Shown: positions 1-7,295 of the stretch, in pieces
Layout of the letters: the number at the start of each line of letters is the position of its first letter
Numbering within the stretch: position 1 is the stretch's first letter
IMG/VR virus record: IMGVR_UViG_3300016643_000099
Span: 1 to 34,097 of that record
Strand: one strand, 5' to 3'
DNA: 34,097 bases
Source of the DNA: a virus
Lineage: Duplodnaviria; Caudoviricetes
Position numbers and translations under genes: made by a program
The notes under the pieces: generated by a model
Databases searched by the model: none
The model's input: the letters and a program-made list of their open reading frames with translations, nothing else
What the model was told of the DNA's origin: nothing

Positions 1-708
1 GGTGACTTTTTTTGTTTGATGCAAGGAAAGGGCGACCCAAGGCGAAGCAAGGATGAGATTCGACCCGAGCATAATAAGGGCAATTACCTGCAAGCGGTCG
101 TGGAAGATGCGGTGGAGTGGTTTAGTCCGTACAAGGACAACCTGTTGCTAATCGGCTACGGCAACCACGAAACGCAAATCATCAAGCATATGGAGTTCGA
201 CCCGTTGCAGATGTTCCAATCCATCTACAACTACAAAAATCAAAGCAACCTGCACATCGGTGGATATGGTGGAACGTTGAAGGTACTGAAAAACGTTCGT
301 AGCACCCTGCACCGTACCTTCGTCATCCACTACTACCACGGCTCAGGCGGTGGTGGCCCAGTGACCAAGGGCGTGATTCAGGACCAACGGATGATGTCGT
401 TCGTGGAAGGCTACGATATGACTTGGCAGGCTCACGTTCACGAATTATATCACCACGTGAATATGGTGCAGTTTTTCAATCGCACGCAGGACATCATCCA
501 GCATCGGCGTGTACATCAACTGCGCACCAGCACCTACAAAGAGGAGTACGGTGCAGGTGAAGGTGGCTATCACATCGAGAAGGGCAGGCCACCGAAGCCG
601 ATGGGTGGCTATTGGCTGAACCTGCAAATGGAACGCCTACGGACGACTGAGGACAACGGAAAGGAAAAGGATAGAATGGAGTGGATTGTCAAACTACATA
701 CTACTTAA
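1..708 (+). CDS. Calcineurin-like metallophosphoesterase, 3' part (gene starts at 33917 and wraps the junction; ~292 aa)
   Basis: Frame 1 reads GDFFCLMQG.., with later GNHE, HYYHG and AHVH motifs. It joins in frame to the ..ISDIHWD..VIVN N-terminus at the window end. Confidence 0.88.
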   Translation, partial: GDFFCLMQGKGDPRRSKDEIRPEHNKGNYLQAVVEDAVEWFSPYKDNLLLIGYGNHETQIIKHMEFDPLQMFQSIYNYKNQSNLHIGGYGGTLKVLKNVRSTLHRTFVIHYYHGSGGGGPVTKGVIQDQRMMSFVEGYDMTWQAHVHELYHHVNMVQFFNRTQDIIQHRRVHQLRTSTYKEEYGAGEGGYHIEKGRPPKPMGGYWLNLQMERLRTTEDNGKEKDRMEWIVKLHTT

Positions 709-745
709 ATACGCGATATTTGCATTTATCACTTAATAGCACGAT

Positions 746-1165
746 ATGCGACAAATCAAATACCTTGTTGTCCATTGCACGGCCACGCCACAAACGACAA
801 CCGTTGGCAGCATCCAGAGGTACTGGCAGGACAAGTTGAAATGGAAGGCCAACGGATATCACAAGATAATTGAGGCAGATGGGGATATTATCACACTTTC
901 GCCAGATGACGCAATCTGCAACGGCGTTGCTGGCTACAACACTAATTGCCTGCACGTTAGTTATGTGGGCGGCGTTGATAGAAATGGCAGAGCGATTGAC
1001 AACCGCACGCAGTATCAGAAGCACGCGCTGATGCAGGTGCTTCAGGCGTGGCGCGCCAAGTACCCAGACGCCAAGATTCAAGGTCACCGCGACTTCTTGA
1101 AGCGTGGTGTTAACTGGAAAGATTGCCCTTCATTCGATGCAAAAGCTGAGTATAGTCATATTTAG
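746..1165 (+). CDS. N-acetylmuramoyl-L-alanine amidase endolysin (T7-lysozyme/Amidase_2 type)
   Basis: VVHCTAT, GYH, GHRD and KDCPSF Zn-amidase motifs. Confidence 0.92.
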   Translation: MRQIKYLVVHCTATPQTTTVGSIQRYWQDKLKWKANGYHKIIEADGDIITLSPDDAICNGVAGYNTNCLHVSYVGGVDRNGRAIDNRTQYQKHALMQVLQAWRAKYPDAKIQGHRDFLKRGVNWKDCPSFDAKAEYSHI

Positions 1166-1553
1166 CCTCCTGCTGGCAGGGTGCTGTCGCAAGGCGGTCG
1201 AAGTCCGCACGACTACGGTGGTGCAGAAGGACAGCGTTATGATTGAGGTGCCTCACTTCACCGAGCTATTCATTGACAAGCCCTGCGATAGTGCGGGCAT
1301 ACTTCGGCAGTTCAGATTGATTGACAGTACCAAAACAAGCGTTCTAAGCGCATCAAATTATCGGGGTGGTATTCGCATACAGCTGCGCAGAGATACGGTC
1401 ATACAACGCACCTTAGAACGCGACACGGTAACGATTGAGCGTGTGGTGCCAACGACACCAAAGAAGCGCGGCAACCCTGCGGTGTTGCTGCTCACTGGCG
1501 CGTTGCTGGGCTTGTTAGTTAGTATTGTAATATTCAAATCCATATTCAAATGA
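1137..1553 (+). CDS. Putative unimolecular spanin (lipoprotein with C-terminal TM helix)
   Basis: From ATG 1137: MQKLSIVIFSLLLAGC lipobox, a beta-rich periplasmic part and C-terminal hydrophobic AVLLLTGALLGLLVSIVIF. It lies directly after the endolysin. Confidence 0.7.
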   Translation: MQKLSIVIFSLLLAGCCRKAVEVRTTTVVQKDSVMIEVPHFTELFIDKPCDSAGILRQFRLIDSTKTSVLSASNYRGGIRIQLRRDTVIQRTLERDTVTIERVVPTTPKKRGNPAVLLLTGALLGLLVSIVIFKSIFK

Positions 1554-1708
1554 AACAGGAGCAAATTCAGGGAATTATCCGTCACGCATTAAGCGCAATT
1601 GGCGGCTGGTTGGTGTACAAAGGCTACGTTGAAGCGGCTGACGTGGAGGCAATCATCGGCGTCATTTTGACGCTGATTGCGACCATTTGGTCGGTCGCCA
1701 GTAAGTAA
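1550..1708 (+). CDS. Small holin-like membrane protein (52 aa)
   Basis: Hand translation MKQEQIQGIIRHALSAIGGWLVYKGYVEAADVEAIIGVILTLIATIWSVASK has two hydrophobic segments and an ATGA overlap with the spanin. Confidence 0.7.
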   Translation: MKQEQIQGIIRHALSAIGGWLVYKGYVEAADVEAIIGVILTLIATIWSVASK

Positions 1709-1831
1709 CCGAATTTTCGCCGTTTGGTTGAGCAGGCCGAAAATCAAGGCTTGTCGGGAGGGTGTTTTTTATACTTTTTTTTCAAAAGTGCGTTTAGACG
1801 CTGGAAACGCAGAAAAAAAAATAAAAAAAAG

Positions 1832-1864
1832 TTTGGTTCATATATATATATGTATGTATATTTG
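1832..1864 (+). promoter_or_regulatory. Bacteroidota sigmaA-type early promoter
   Basis: TTTG (1832-1835), 21 nt, then TATATTTG (1857-1864) matches the -33/-7 consensus. An A-tract lies upstream, and the site precedes the first early gene. Confidence 0.8.
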
Positions 1865-1904
1865 CATATACCAAAACGGGAAAAACAAACTAAACCAACA
1901 CACC

Positions 1905-2078
1905 ATGAAACCAATTAGAACAGTTTACCTTGAGAGATGGGAAGGCAGCGAATCAGTAAAATACTGGTACTGGCTTGTAGATGCCAAAACAGGCGAGCCA
2001 ATTGATGGCGATAGGAGAAGATATGTTGCCGTAGAAATGGCGCAGCGCTGGGGACTCAAAATAATACCTAAAAAATAA
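1905..2078 (+). CDS. Hypothetical early protein (57 aa)
   Basis: ATG after an A/C-rich leader: MKPIRTVYLERWEG... The longer upstream extension in the ORF track runs through the promoter. Confidence 0.7.
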   Translation: MKPIRTVYLERWEGSESVKYWYWLVDAKTGEPIDGDRRRYVAVEMAQRWGLKIIPKK

Positions 2079-2142
2079 CCCTAACCAACCCGAGGGGCGC
2101 GGCTCACCAACGCGCATCTTTAACCCTCTAAACCCAAACCCA

Positions 2143-2415
2143 ATGAACAACCAAACCCAATTTTACCTTTTTACCGAAAAGGGCATCACCGACCGCTTTT
2201 TCTGCGGCAACATTTACGAGGCGCAAGCCAATGAGCCTATCATTTACCACGGATGCCCAATGACCTTTCAGGAATGCGCTGACAACAACCTGTGCAAGCA
2301 GTTCGCAACCCGCAAAGAGGCGAACCAGTACAGCCGCGTGCAGGAGCGTTTTTTGGAATTGAGCAACAACCACGCGCTCACAGCGATGCGCGAAGAAGAG
2401 TCCTACCTTTATTAA
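2143..2415 (+). CDS. Hypothetical early protein (90 aa)
   Basis: Starts in repeat 1 and stops on the TAA of repeat 2. Confidence 0.8.
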   Translation: MNNQTQFYLFTEKGITDRFFCGNIYEAQANEPIIYHGCPMTFQECADNNLCKQFATRKEANQYSRVQERFLELSNNHALTAMREEESYLY

Positions 2416-2434
2416 CCATCTAAACCCCAAACCA

Positions 2435-2590
2435 ATGAAACACACCTTCACCCTTGACGCGTGGTTCGCGCATATCCGCAAGCAACTGCGCACCACACCA
2501 ACACCGACACCTGCGGAAATCAAACAGCCACTGCGCTTCGACTGGGCCTTGTATGGCCGCATCCTTCAAGCTAAACACCTAACCAACTGA
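2435..2590 (+). CDS. Hypothetical early protein (51 aa)
   Basis: Hand translation MKHTFTLDAWFAHIRKQLR...AKHLTN. Starts in repeat 2. Confidence 0.7.
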   Translation: MKHTFTLDAWFAHIRKQLRTTPTPTPAEIKQPLRFDWALYGRILQAKHLTN

Positions 2591-2593
2591 CCA

Positions 2594-2821
2594 ATGAAAC
2601 TGACCAAAGACGAAGCATACATATTGGCCTGTGCGATACAGGATTCCAAATACAATTTAGTAGAAGCTTGCCAAAGCACTGACTCAAATCTGATGACTGC
2701 ATTGAATGATTTGGAAGAACGATTATTTGAGTTAGCAAAAGACCAAAGGCGAAATGGCAGAAAAAGCCATAATAGCTATACTGACATTTTGAAAAGATAT
2801 TCTAAAAAATCAACCATCTAA
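2594..2821 (+). CDS. Hypothetical early protein (75 aa), AT-rich
   Basis: From the ORF track. Stops inside repeat 3 and is visibly more AT-rich than its neighbours. Confidence 0.75.
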   Translation: MKLTKDEAYILACAIQDSKYNLVEACQSTDSNLMTALNDLEERLFELAKDQRRNGRKSHNSYTDILKRYSKKSTI

Positions 2822-2834
2822 ACCCCAAAAACCA

Positions 2835-3005
2835 ATGCAAGGTATCATCTTCAAAATCATCGGCGGCACACGCGCATACGAACTGCGGTTCACCGCAATG
2901 TCAAATCAACACGCGCAAACGGTAGCGCAAGAACTTCACACCAGCCTTGGCTTAATCGGCAGGCACTACGTTGAACTGGACAACGGCTTTTCTTTCACCA
3001 TTTAA
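2835..3005 (+). CDS. Hypothetical early protein (56 aa)
   Basis: Hand translation MQGIIFKIIGGTRAYELRF...FSFTI. Runs from repeat 3 to repeat 4. Confidence 0.72.
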   Translation: MQGIIFKIIGGTRAYELRFTAMSNQHAQTVAQELHTSLGLIGRHYVELDNGFSFTI

Positions 3006-3024
3006 CCATCTAAACCCAAACCCA

Positions 3025-3612
3025 ATGATTCAAATCACACCATTTCCCAAGTTGCACCTTGCCGCTTCAAGCGACAAGCTATACGAAAACATGAACTACA
3101 TTCAGTTCAAAACACTGCCAGCAGGCAACCAAGGCAGGGCAGGTATGTATATGGCCGCCACTGATGCGCACATATTAGCGTGGACACCTGTGGACTTCTA
3201 TATCGAAACGACTGACCTACCCGCTGAATTTTACATCCACAATGCTCAGTTCAAGAAGCTATGCCAAAGCAAACTTCAATACGTAACCTTCAACAAAGAA
3301 TCGCAGGTTGTGTTGCTTCACGACAAAAGTGGTAACGTTTATGATACGATGTTGTATATGAGTGCAGAAGCCTACAATCATATCCATAGATACCCTAACT
3401 ATGCCAGCATCATTCCAATTGATGCAACCGAACTGAACAACGGCCAATTCCACATCGATGCCAAGAGGCTATCAGATGCAATGCAGATTTTCGCGGCTGG
3501 TTGTATTACTATGAACTTCCGCACCGACAAACGCGCCTGCGTTATGAATTACAGCGACACCGAAGGCAAAGGTGAACTGCAAGTTATTGTAATGCCAATC
3601 ATTAAATTCTAA
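3025..3612 (+). CDS. Beta sliding-clamp (DnaN)-like protein, truncated (195 aa)
   Basis: AATDAHILA and RYPNYASIIP resemble the DnaN ATDGHRLA and xFPDYxxVIP motifs, and it ends in VIVMPI. Starts in repeat 4. Confidence 0.6.
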   Translation: MIQITPFPKLHLAASSDKLYENMNYIQFKTLPAGNQGRAGMYMAATDAHILAWTPVDFYIETTDLPAEFYIHNAQFKKLCQSKLQYVTFNKESQVVLLHDKSGNVYDTMLYMSAEAYNHIHRYPNYASIIPIDATELNNGQFHIDAKRLSDAMQIFAAGCITMNFRTDKRACVMNYSDTEGKGELQVIVMPIIKF

Positions 3613-3632
3613 CCATCTAAACCCCAAACCCA

Positions 3633-3830
3633 ATGACAACCCTACTTGACAAACTGACACCCGAAGCACGCGCTCAAATGGATTCGTGGCCTGCCGAAAA
3701 ACAGGAAAAAGCAATGTACTGGCTAAGCCAAAACGAGTACGTGTACGAAACGTACTACACCACCGCACGCTGGATTTGCGTTCACTTCCAACAGCCCATT
3801 GAAAACTTCTACGACCTATTCGCCGTATGA
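3633..3830 (+). CDS. Hypothetical early protein (65 aa)
   Basis: Starts in repeat 5. Confidence 0.75.
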   Translation: MTTLLDKLTPEARAQMDSWPAEKQEKAMYWLSQNEYVYETYYTTARWICVHFQQPIENFYDLFAV

Positions 3831-4000
3831 AAGCCCTGACCTACACCGCGTTCCTTCTCGCCACCTGCTTCGTGTGTGCCATACACACGGACGCAGGATG
3901 GTGGTACTTCACCGCCTATGCGCAAACGATTATATTTATTTATATATTTGCGCTTATAAACAAACACGATGAAAAACACAACCAAAACCAAAACCCCTAA
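3827..4000 (+). CDS. Small membrane protein (57 aa)
   Basis: Hand translation MKALTYTAFLLATCFVCAI..WWYFTAYAQTIIFIYIFALINK.. has two hydrophobic stretches and an ATGA overlap. Confidence 0.55.
   Translation: MKALTYTAFLLATCFVCAIHTDAGWWYFTAYAQTIIFIYIFALINKHDEKHNQNQNP
3943..3950 (+). promoter_or_regulatory. Bacteroidota -7 promoter box
   Basis: TATATTTG in an AT-rich patch, 18 nt before ATG 3969. Confidence 0.6.
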
Positions 4001-4133
4001 ACCGTTAATGCAACTTACTTCCGTTTACTGCGAGGCTGACACCCTCACCATATGCCGAGCGCGATTTGGCACGATTCGCGCCGCGTTGAATTACGCTGCC
4101 ACCCAAACACAAACTAAACCCTTAAATCAATGA
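3969..4133 (+). CDS. Small hypothetical protein (54 aa), possible regulator
   Basis: Hand translation MKNTTKTKTPKPLMQLTSVYCEADTLTICRARFGTIRAALNYAAT.. with an ATGA overlap to the next gene. Confidence 0.5.
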   Translation: MKNTTKTKTPKPLMQLTSVYCEADTLTICRARFGTIRAALNYAATQTQTKPLNQ

Positions 4134-4783
4134 CATTTACCGAATATCTTAAATCTATTAAAGCTTGCTCCGATGCAGTTGAGTGGGCATCAAATAAAAC
4201 GGTGGAGGAGGTTGTTGCTACCTGCCACCGAGGCGATTGGTTGCTGTGGCTCGCAAATAAATGCGAGATTGGACTGCAACCGCTAACACTTGCAAAGGGT
4301 CACTGCGCCAACACCGTCAGGCACTTGATGAAGGATGATGCGAGCCTTAAAGCAGTTGACACCGCGATTGCTTTTGGTGAAGGCAGGGCGAGCCGAAACG
4401 AGTTAGACATTGCCTATGCCGCTGCCGCTGTCGCTGACGCTGACGCTATCTATGTCGCTGACGCTATTACTGCCGCTGCCGCGGCCGCCGCCGCCGCCGC
4501 TGACGCTGTCTATGCCTCTGCCATTACCGCTGCCACAGCCGCTACCACTGCAGCTGCCTATGATGCTGCCTATGCCATTGCCGCTACCACTGCCGCTACC
4601 ACTGCCTCTGCCGCTGCCGCTGCCGATATGGCTGCCTATGCCGTTGCCTATGCCGTTGTTGCCGCTGACGCTGACGTTGCTCGTAATGCGAATCGATTGC
4701 AAACAGCTGACATTTGCCGAAAGTACATTGGCGACCTAATCATCCAAAAAGTTAATTTAATTCTAAACCCTTAAATCAATGAC
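4114..4783 (+). repeat. Exact 21-bp direct repeat CTAAACCCTTAAATCAATGAC
   Basis: Copies at 4114-4134 and 4763-4783 bracket the Ala-rich gene. Confidence 0.92.
4130..4774 (+). CDS. Ala-rich low-complexity phage protein
   Basis: Ordered ends (ACSDAVEW..RGDWLLWL; QTADICRKYI) surround a GCY-codon poly-Ala tract at ~4410-4680. Confidence 0.8.
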   Translation: MTFTEYLKSIKACSDAVEWASNKTVEEVVATCHRGDWLLWLANKCEIGLQPLTLAKGHCANTVRHLMKDDASLKAVDTAIAFGEGRASRNELDIAYAAAAVADADAIYVADAITAAAAAAAAAADAVYASAITAATAATTAAAYDAAYAIAATTAATTASAAAAADMAAYAVAYAVVAADADVARNANRLQTADICRKYIGDLIIQKVNLILNP

Positions 4784-5306
4784 CAACTTAAAAACAATCA
4801 ACATCAAGGGCAAACCTTACGTTGAAGTCGTGGAGCGCCTGCGGGTGTTCCGCGAGAGCTTCGCTGATTATAGCCTGACCACCGAAGTGGTGCAACTGAC
4901 ACCCGACTTCGTAGTGCTGAATGCCATCATCACCGACCCGACTGGCCGCATCGTTGCGACTGGACTGGCGCAGGAAGACCGCACCAGTTCAATGATTAAC
5001 AAGACGTCTTATGTCGAGAACTGCGAGAGCAGTGCGTGGGGTCGTGCGCTTGGAAACTTCGGCATCGGGTTGCAAGCCGCAATCGCTTCCGCTGACGAAA
5101 TGCAAATGGCGCTTGCCAAGGAACAGGCAGGCATCAACCTGCAACCATCGCAACAGGTAATGGACAACCTGTTCGCTGAGTACAACAGCTTGCTGGCGCA
5201 GTTGCCAGAGCAATTTCAAAAAAACCTGCAAAGCAACCCGAGCTGGAATTTGGCTAAAATTCAGAAGGGCATCATCTACCTCAAACAACAACTAAACAAC
5301 AACTAA
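4779..5306 (+). CDS. Single-strand annealing recombinase (Sak/Rad52/ERF-like)
   Basis: IKGKPYVEVVERL..ATGLAQE..NKTSYVENCESSAWGRALG.GIG signature. Confidence 0.72.
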   Translation: MTNLKTINIKGKPYVEVVERLRVFRESFADYSLTTEVVQLTPDFVVLNAIITDPTGRIVATGLAQEDRTSSMINKTSYVENCESSAWGRALGNFGIGLQAAIASADEMQMALAKEQAGINLQPSQQVMDNLFAEYNSLLAQLPEQFQKNLQSNPSWNLAKIQKGIIYLKQQLNNN

Positions 5307-5322
5307 ACAACAACTAAACAAC
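5283..5322 (+). repeat. Tandem repeat (AAACAACAACT) x3.6
   Basis: Spans the SSAP stop codon and the leader of the next gene. Confidence 0.85.
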
Positions 5323-5330
5323 CTCAACCA

Positions 5331-5603
5331 ATGACACCCTTAGAATTTATCGACACCCTTCCCGCCCATCGCCGCACATCCCTGCGGCAGATGGCCGAAG
5401 AACTGAACAAAGCGGGCATCCTCACACCACGGGGCTACCAGTGGACAGCACCCGCCGTATTCGCGGAGTTTCGCCGCAACGAAATAGAATACGTGACCCT
5501 GCCTAAACGGAAGCAGAATCTTGTGACAAAAGCAATGCGCAATTTGTCACGTGCCGAACACCTTATCCGTTCATCCGTCAAAATGCTACAAACCAATGGC
5601 TAA
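5331..5603 (+). CDS. Stand-alone recombinase-like HTH DNA-binding protein
   Basis: SLRQMAEELNKAGILTPRGYQWT resembles the DNA-binding recombinase domain of large serine recombinases. No catalytic domain is present. Confidence 0.6.
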   Translation: MTPLEFIDTLPAHRRTSLRQMAEELNKAGILTPRGYQWTAPAVFAEFRRNEIEYVTLPKRKQNLVTKAMRNLSRAEHLIRSSVKMLQTNG

Positions 5604-6033
5604 CCTGCAACTACCCGCTAACATCAGCAAGGCTGACATTAGCGAATTTATCGATTCTGTGACCACGGAAGTGCTGGGTGGCAACATATCACCACTCAGC
5701 GTTCACGTGCGCTGTAAAGCGCTGATAAAGGCCTTAGAAGGCATCCTTGAAAACACGCAGGATATTGCGATTGACGAGGCGTACCACTACAAGGGCGCGT
5801 TCAACATCGAAGGTGCGAACGTGGTGCTGAGGGAAGGACACGGAATGCCTGACTTTTCGCAGGACGAATTATGCAATAACCTCACCGTGCAACTGAAGGC
5901 GCGACAGGAACTGCTCAAGCAAGCGTTTCGGATGAACGGCAAGGCTGTGATTGTTGACCCTGACACTGGCGAGGTCGTGCCAGTGATGCCGATGAAAGCA
6001 AACAAAACCACCTTAACCGTTACCTTCAAATGA
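5596..6033 (+). CDS. Hypothetical phage protein
   Basis: ATG 5596 (MANLQLPANISK..) and C-terminal DPDTGEVVP, in the recombination module. Confidence 0.75.
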   Translation: MANLQLPANISKADISEFIDSVTTEVLGGNISPLSVHVRCKALIKALEGILENTQDIAIDEAYHYKGAFNIEGANVVLREGHGMPDFSQDELCNNLTVQLKARQELLKQAFRMNGKAVIVDPDTGEVVPVMPMKANKTTLTVTFK

Positions 6034-6077
6034 CAATTCACGCCAAATCAGGAAGTAAATTCACGCCAAAACAAGAA

Positions 6078-6365
6078 ATGACAATGAGCAATCAAATCTA
6101 TTTCGACCACAACATCGACACCTTCGCTGGAGGGTTTCCCGTTATCTTCCACTTTGACGCACGCGACTGGTTCGAGGGCGAAGGTCAGATTCCTGAGCTA
6201 AATTACATCGACCTTGATTACGATGAAAGGCAGACCTCCTTAATCAAGCAATGCCTTGATTCGCTGAACAGCGATGACAACACGCTAATCTATGCGATGC
6301 AAGAAGCGGCTGACAAGTTTAAGCACCAACTGGACTGGGAGAAAGCACTGGATTACGGCATTTAA
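6078..6365 (+). CDS. Hypothetical acidic protein, paralog A
   Basis: AGGFPV.F..DWF..IP..Y.DL..D.RQ..AMQEAAD. The start could be 6030, 6078 or 6084. Confidence 0.72.
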   Translation: MTMSNQIYFDHNIDTFAGGFPVIFHFDARDWFEGEGQIPELNYIDLDYDERQTSLIKQCLDSLNSDDNTLIYAMQEAADKFKHQLDWEKALDYGI

Positions 6366-6385
6366 TTTTTGCAAGAAACAGGACT

Positions 6386-6688
6386 ATGAACGACATCCAA
6401 TTTATCTTAAAAATTGAAACTGAAGCAGGTGGCTTCAGCGTACCTATGTACTTTTCCGCACACGAATGGTTTGACGATAACAGCGGGGACATCCCCGCTG
6501 TTCACTACACCGACCTCGGATTCGACAATCGGCAGAAGACAATCATCCACGACTTTATCGGACAGGTAGGCACCGAACACGATGGCGGCTTGCTGATTGC
6601 TATGCAGGAAGCGGCGGATTGGTGGAAGAGCCAGCAAGGTTCTGATTCAGTGTGGCACGATTACTTTACTAATGATTATAATGCTTAA
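6386..6688 (+). CDS. Hypothetical acidic protein, paralog B
   Basis: AGGFSV..F..EWF..IP..Y.DL..D.RQ..AMQEAAD. Confidence 0.75.
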   Translation: MNDIQFILKIETEAGGFSVPMYFSAHEWFDDNSGDIPAVHYTDLGFDNRQKTIIHDFIGQVGTEHDGGLLIAMQEAADWWKSQQGSDSVWHDYFTNDYNA

Positions 6689-6716
6689 TTTTACAAACCT
6701 TAAACCAAATCAAGTT

Positions 6717-6980
6717 ATGAGCAACTATCAAAAGAAAGACGGTGACATCAGCGTCTTCACTAACCAATCAGCCAACGCCAACGCACCGCGATGGAAGGGC
6801 AATCTGCTACTGAACGGGCAGGAATACAGCGTGTCGCTGTGGGTCAAGAGCGGCGCGAAGGGCGAGTTCCTTGCGGGCAGTGTACAGCCGAAGCAGAGCT
6901 ATTCGGACAAACAACCCGACACCGCACCCTATGTTTACAACGCACCTAAACCCGATACCAATGGAGACCTACCATTCTAA
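6717..6980 (+). CDS. Phage single-stranded DNA-binding protein (DUF736-like)
   Basis: P.WKG.L..NGQEY.VSLW..GEFLAGSV core with a C-terminal DLPF tail. Confidence 0.72.
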   Translation: MSNYQKKDGDISVFTNQSANANAPRWKGNLLLNGQEYSVSLWVKSGAKGEFLAGSVQPKQSYSDKQPDTAPYVYNAPKPDTNGDLPF

Positions 6981-7173
6981 TTACGGCAACACGACCCTAA
7001 GCCTGCAAATCGACGGGCGCACCTGCACGATTGCGCTGGAAGGCAACGAGCATTCCGCTGGCGATATCATAGAAGCCTTTGTCGGCCTGATGGTAGGGCA
7101 AACCTTCACCGAACCAACTTGCTACAAGGCGATGAGGAAATTGGCTGAGGAAAGGTACAGGGAGGACGATTAG
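6961..7173 (+). CDS. Hypothetical protein (70 aa)
   Basis: ATG 6961 METYHSNYG.., overlapping the SSB end. Confidence 0.6.
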   Translation: METYHSNYGNTTLSLQIDGRTCTIALEGNEHSAGDIIEAFVGLMVGQTFTEPTCYKAMRKLAEERYREDD

Positions 7174-7187
7174 TCCCAAATATTGCC

Positions 7188-7195
7188 TATATTTG
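7188..7195 (+). promoter_or_regulatory. Bacteroidota -7 promoter box for the primase leader
   Basis: Intergenic TATATTTG. Confidence 0.7.
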
Positions 7196-7261
7196 TGACA
7201 GAGTTAGCACTGTGATACCAGCGCATTGTTGACGTAAGACGAGCCGCGTTCCATTTGGCTT

Positions 7262-7295
7262 GCCCCGACAGCTGGTATCTGTCGGGGCTTTTTTT
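7262..7295 (+). terminator. Intrinsic terminator/attenuator in the primase leader
   Basis: GCCCCGACAG-CTGGTAT-CTGTCGGGGC perfect 10-bp stem followed by T7. Confidence 0.85.

Larger units (their letters stand above)
2121..3635 (+). repeat. Five dispersed ~25-bp stop-to-start repeats, consensus TAACCATCTAAACCC(C)AAACC(C)AATG
   Basis: Copies at 2121-2145, 2413-2437, 2811-2837, 3003-3027 and 3610-3635. Each ends in the ATG of a gene. Confidence 0.92.

Noticed and set aside
1722-1825. Hairpins CAGGCC/GGCTTG and TGCGTTT/AAACGCA, and TTGGTTGAG complementary to the 5323 leader
   Set aside because: The stems are weak or lack an adjacent U-tail on the + strand, and a single 9-nt match is within chance. 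The region may hold the lysis terminator, but I cannot define it.
1677-1918. ORF-track starts at 1677 and 1724
   Set aside because: They run through homopolymer tracts and the early promoter. The ATG at 1905 is the credible start.
2121-3635. Repeats as a CRISPR array
   Set aside because: Spacing is 190-610 bp and irregular, the intervals are whole ORFs, the repeats are non-palindromic, and no cas genes are present.
4403-4739. ORFs 4410..4739 (+, Pro/Leu) and 4403..4702 (-, Gly/Ser)
   Set aside because: They are shadow frames of the GCY poly-Ala tract.
5331-5603. Integrase / temperate lifestyle
   Set aside because: Only a 90-aa DNA-binding-like domain is present, with no catalytic serine domain, attP or repressor recognised.
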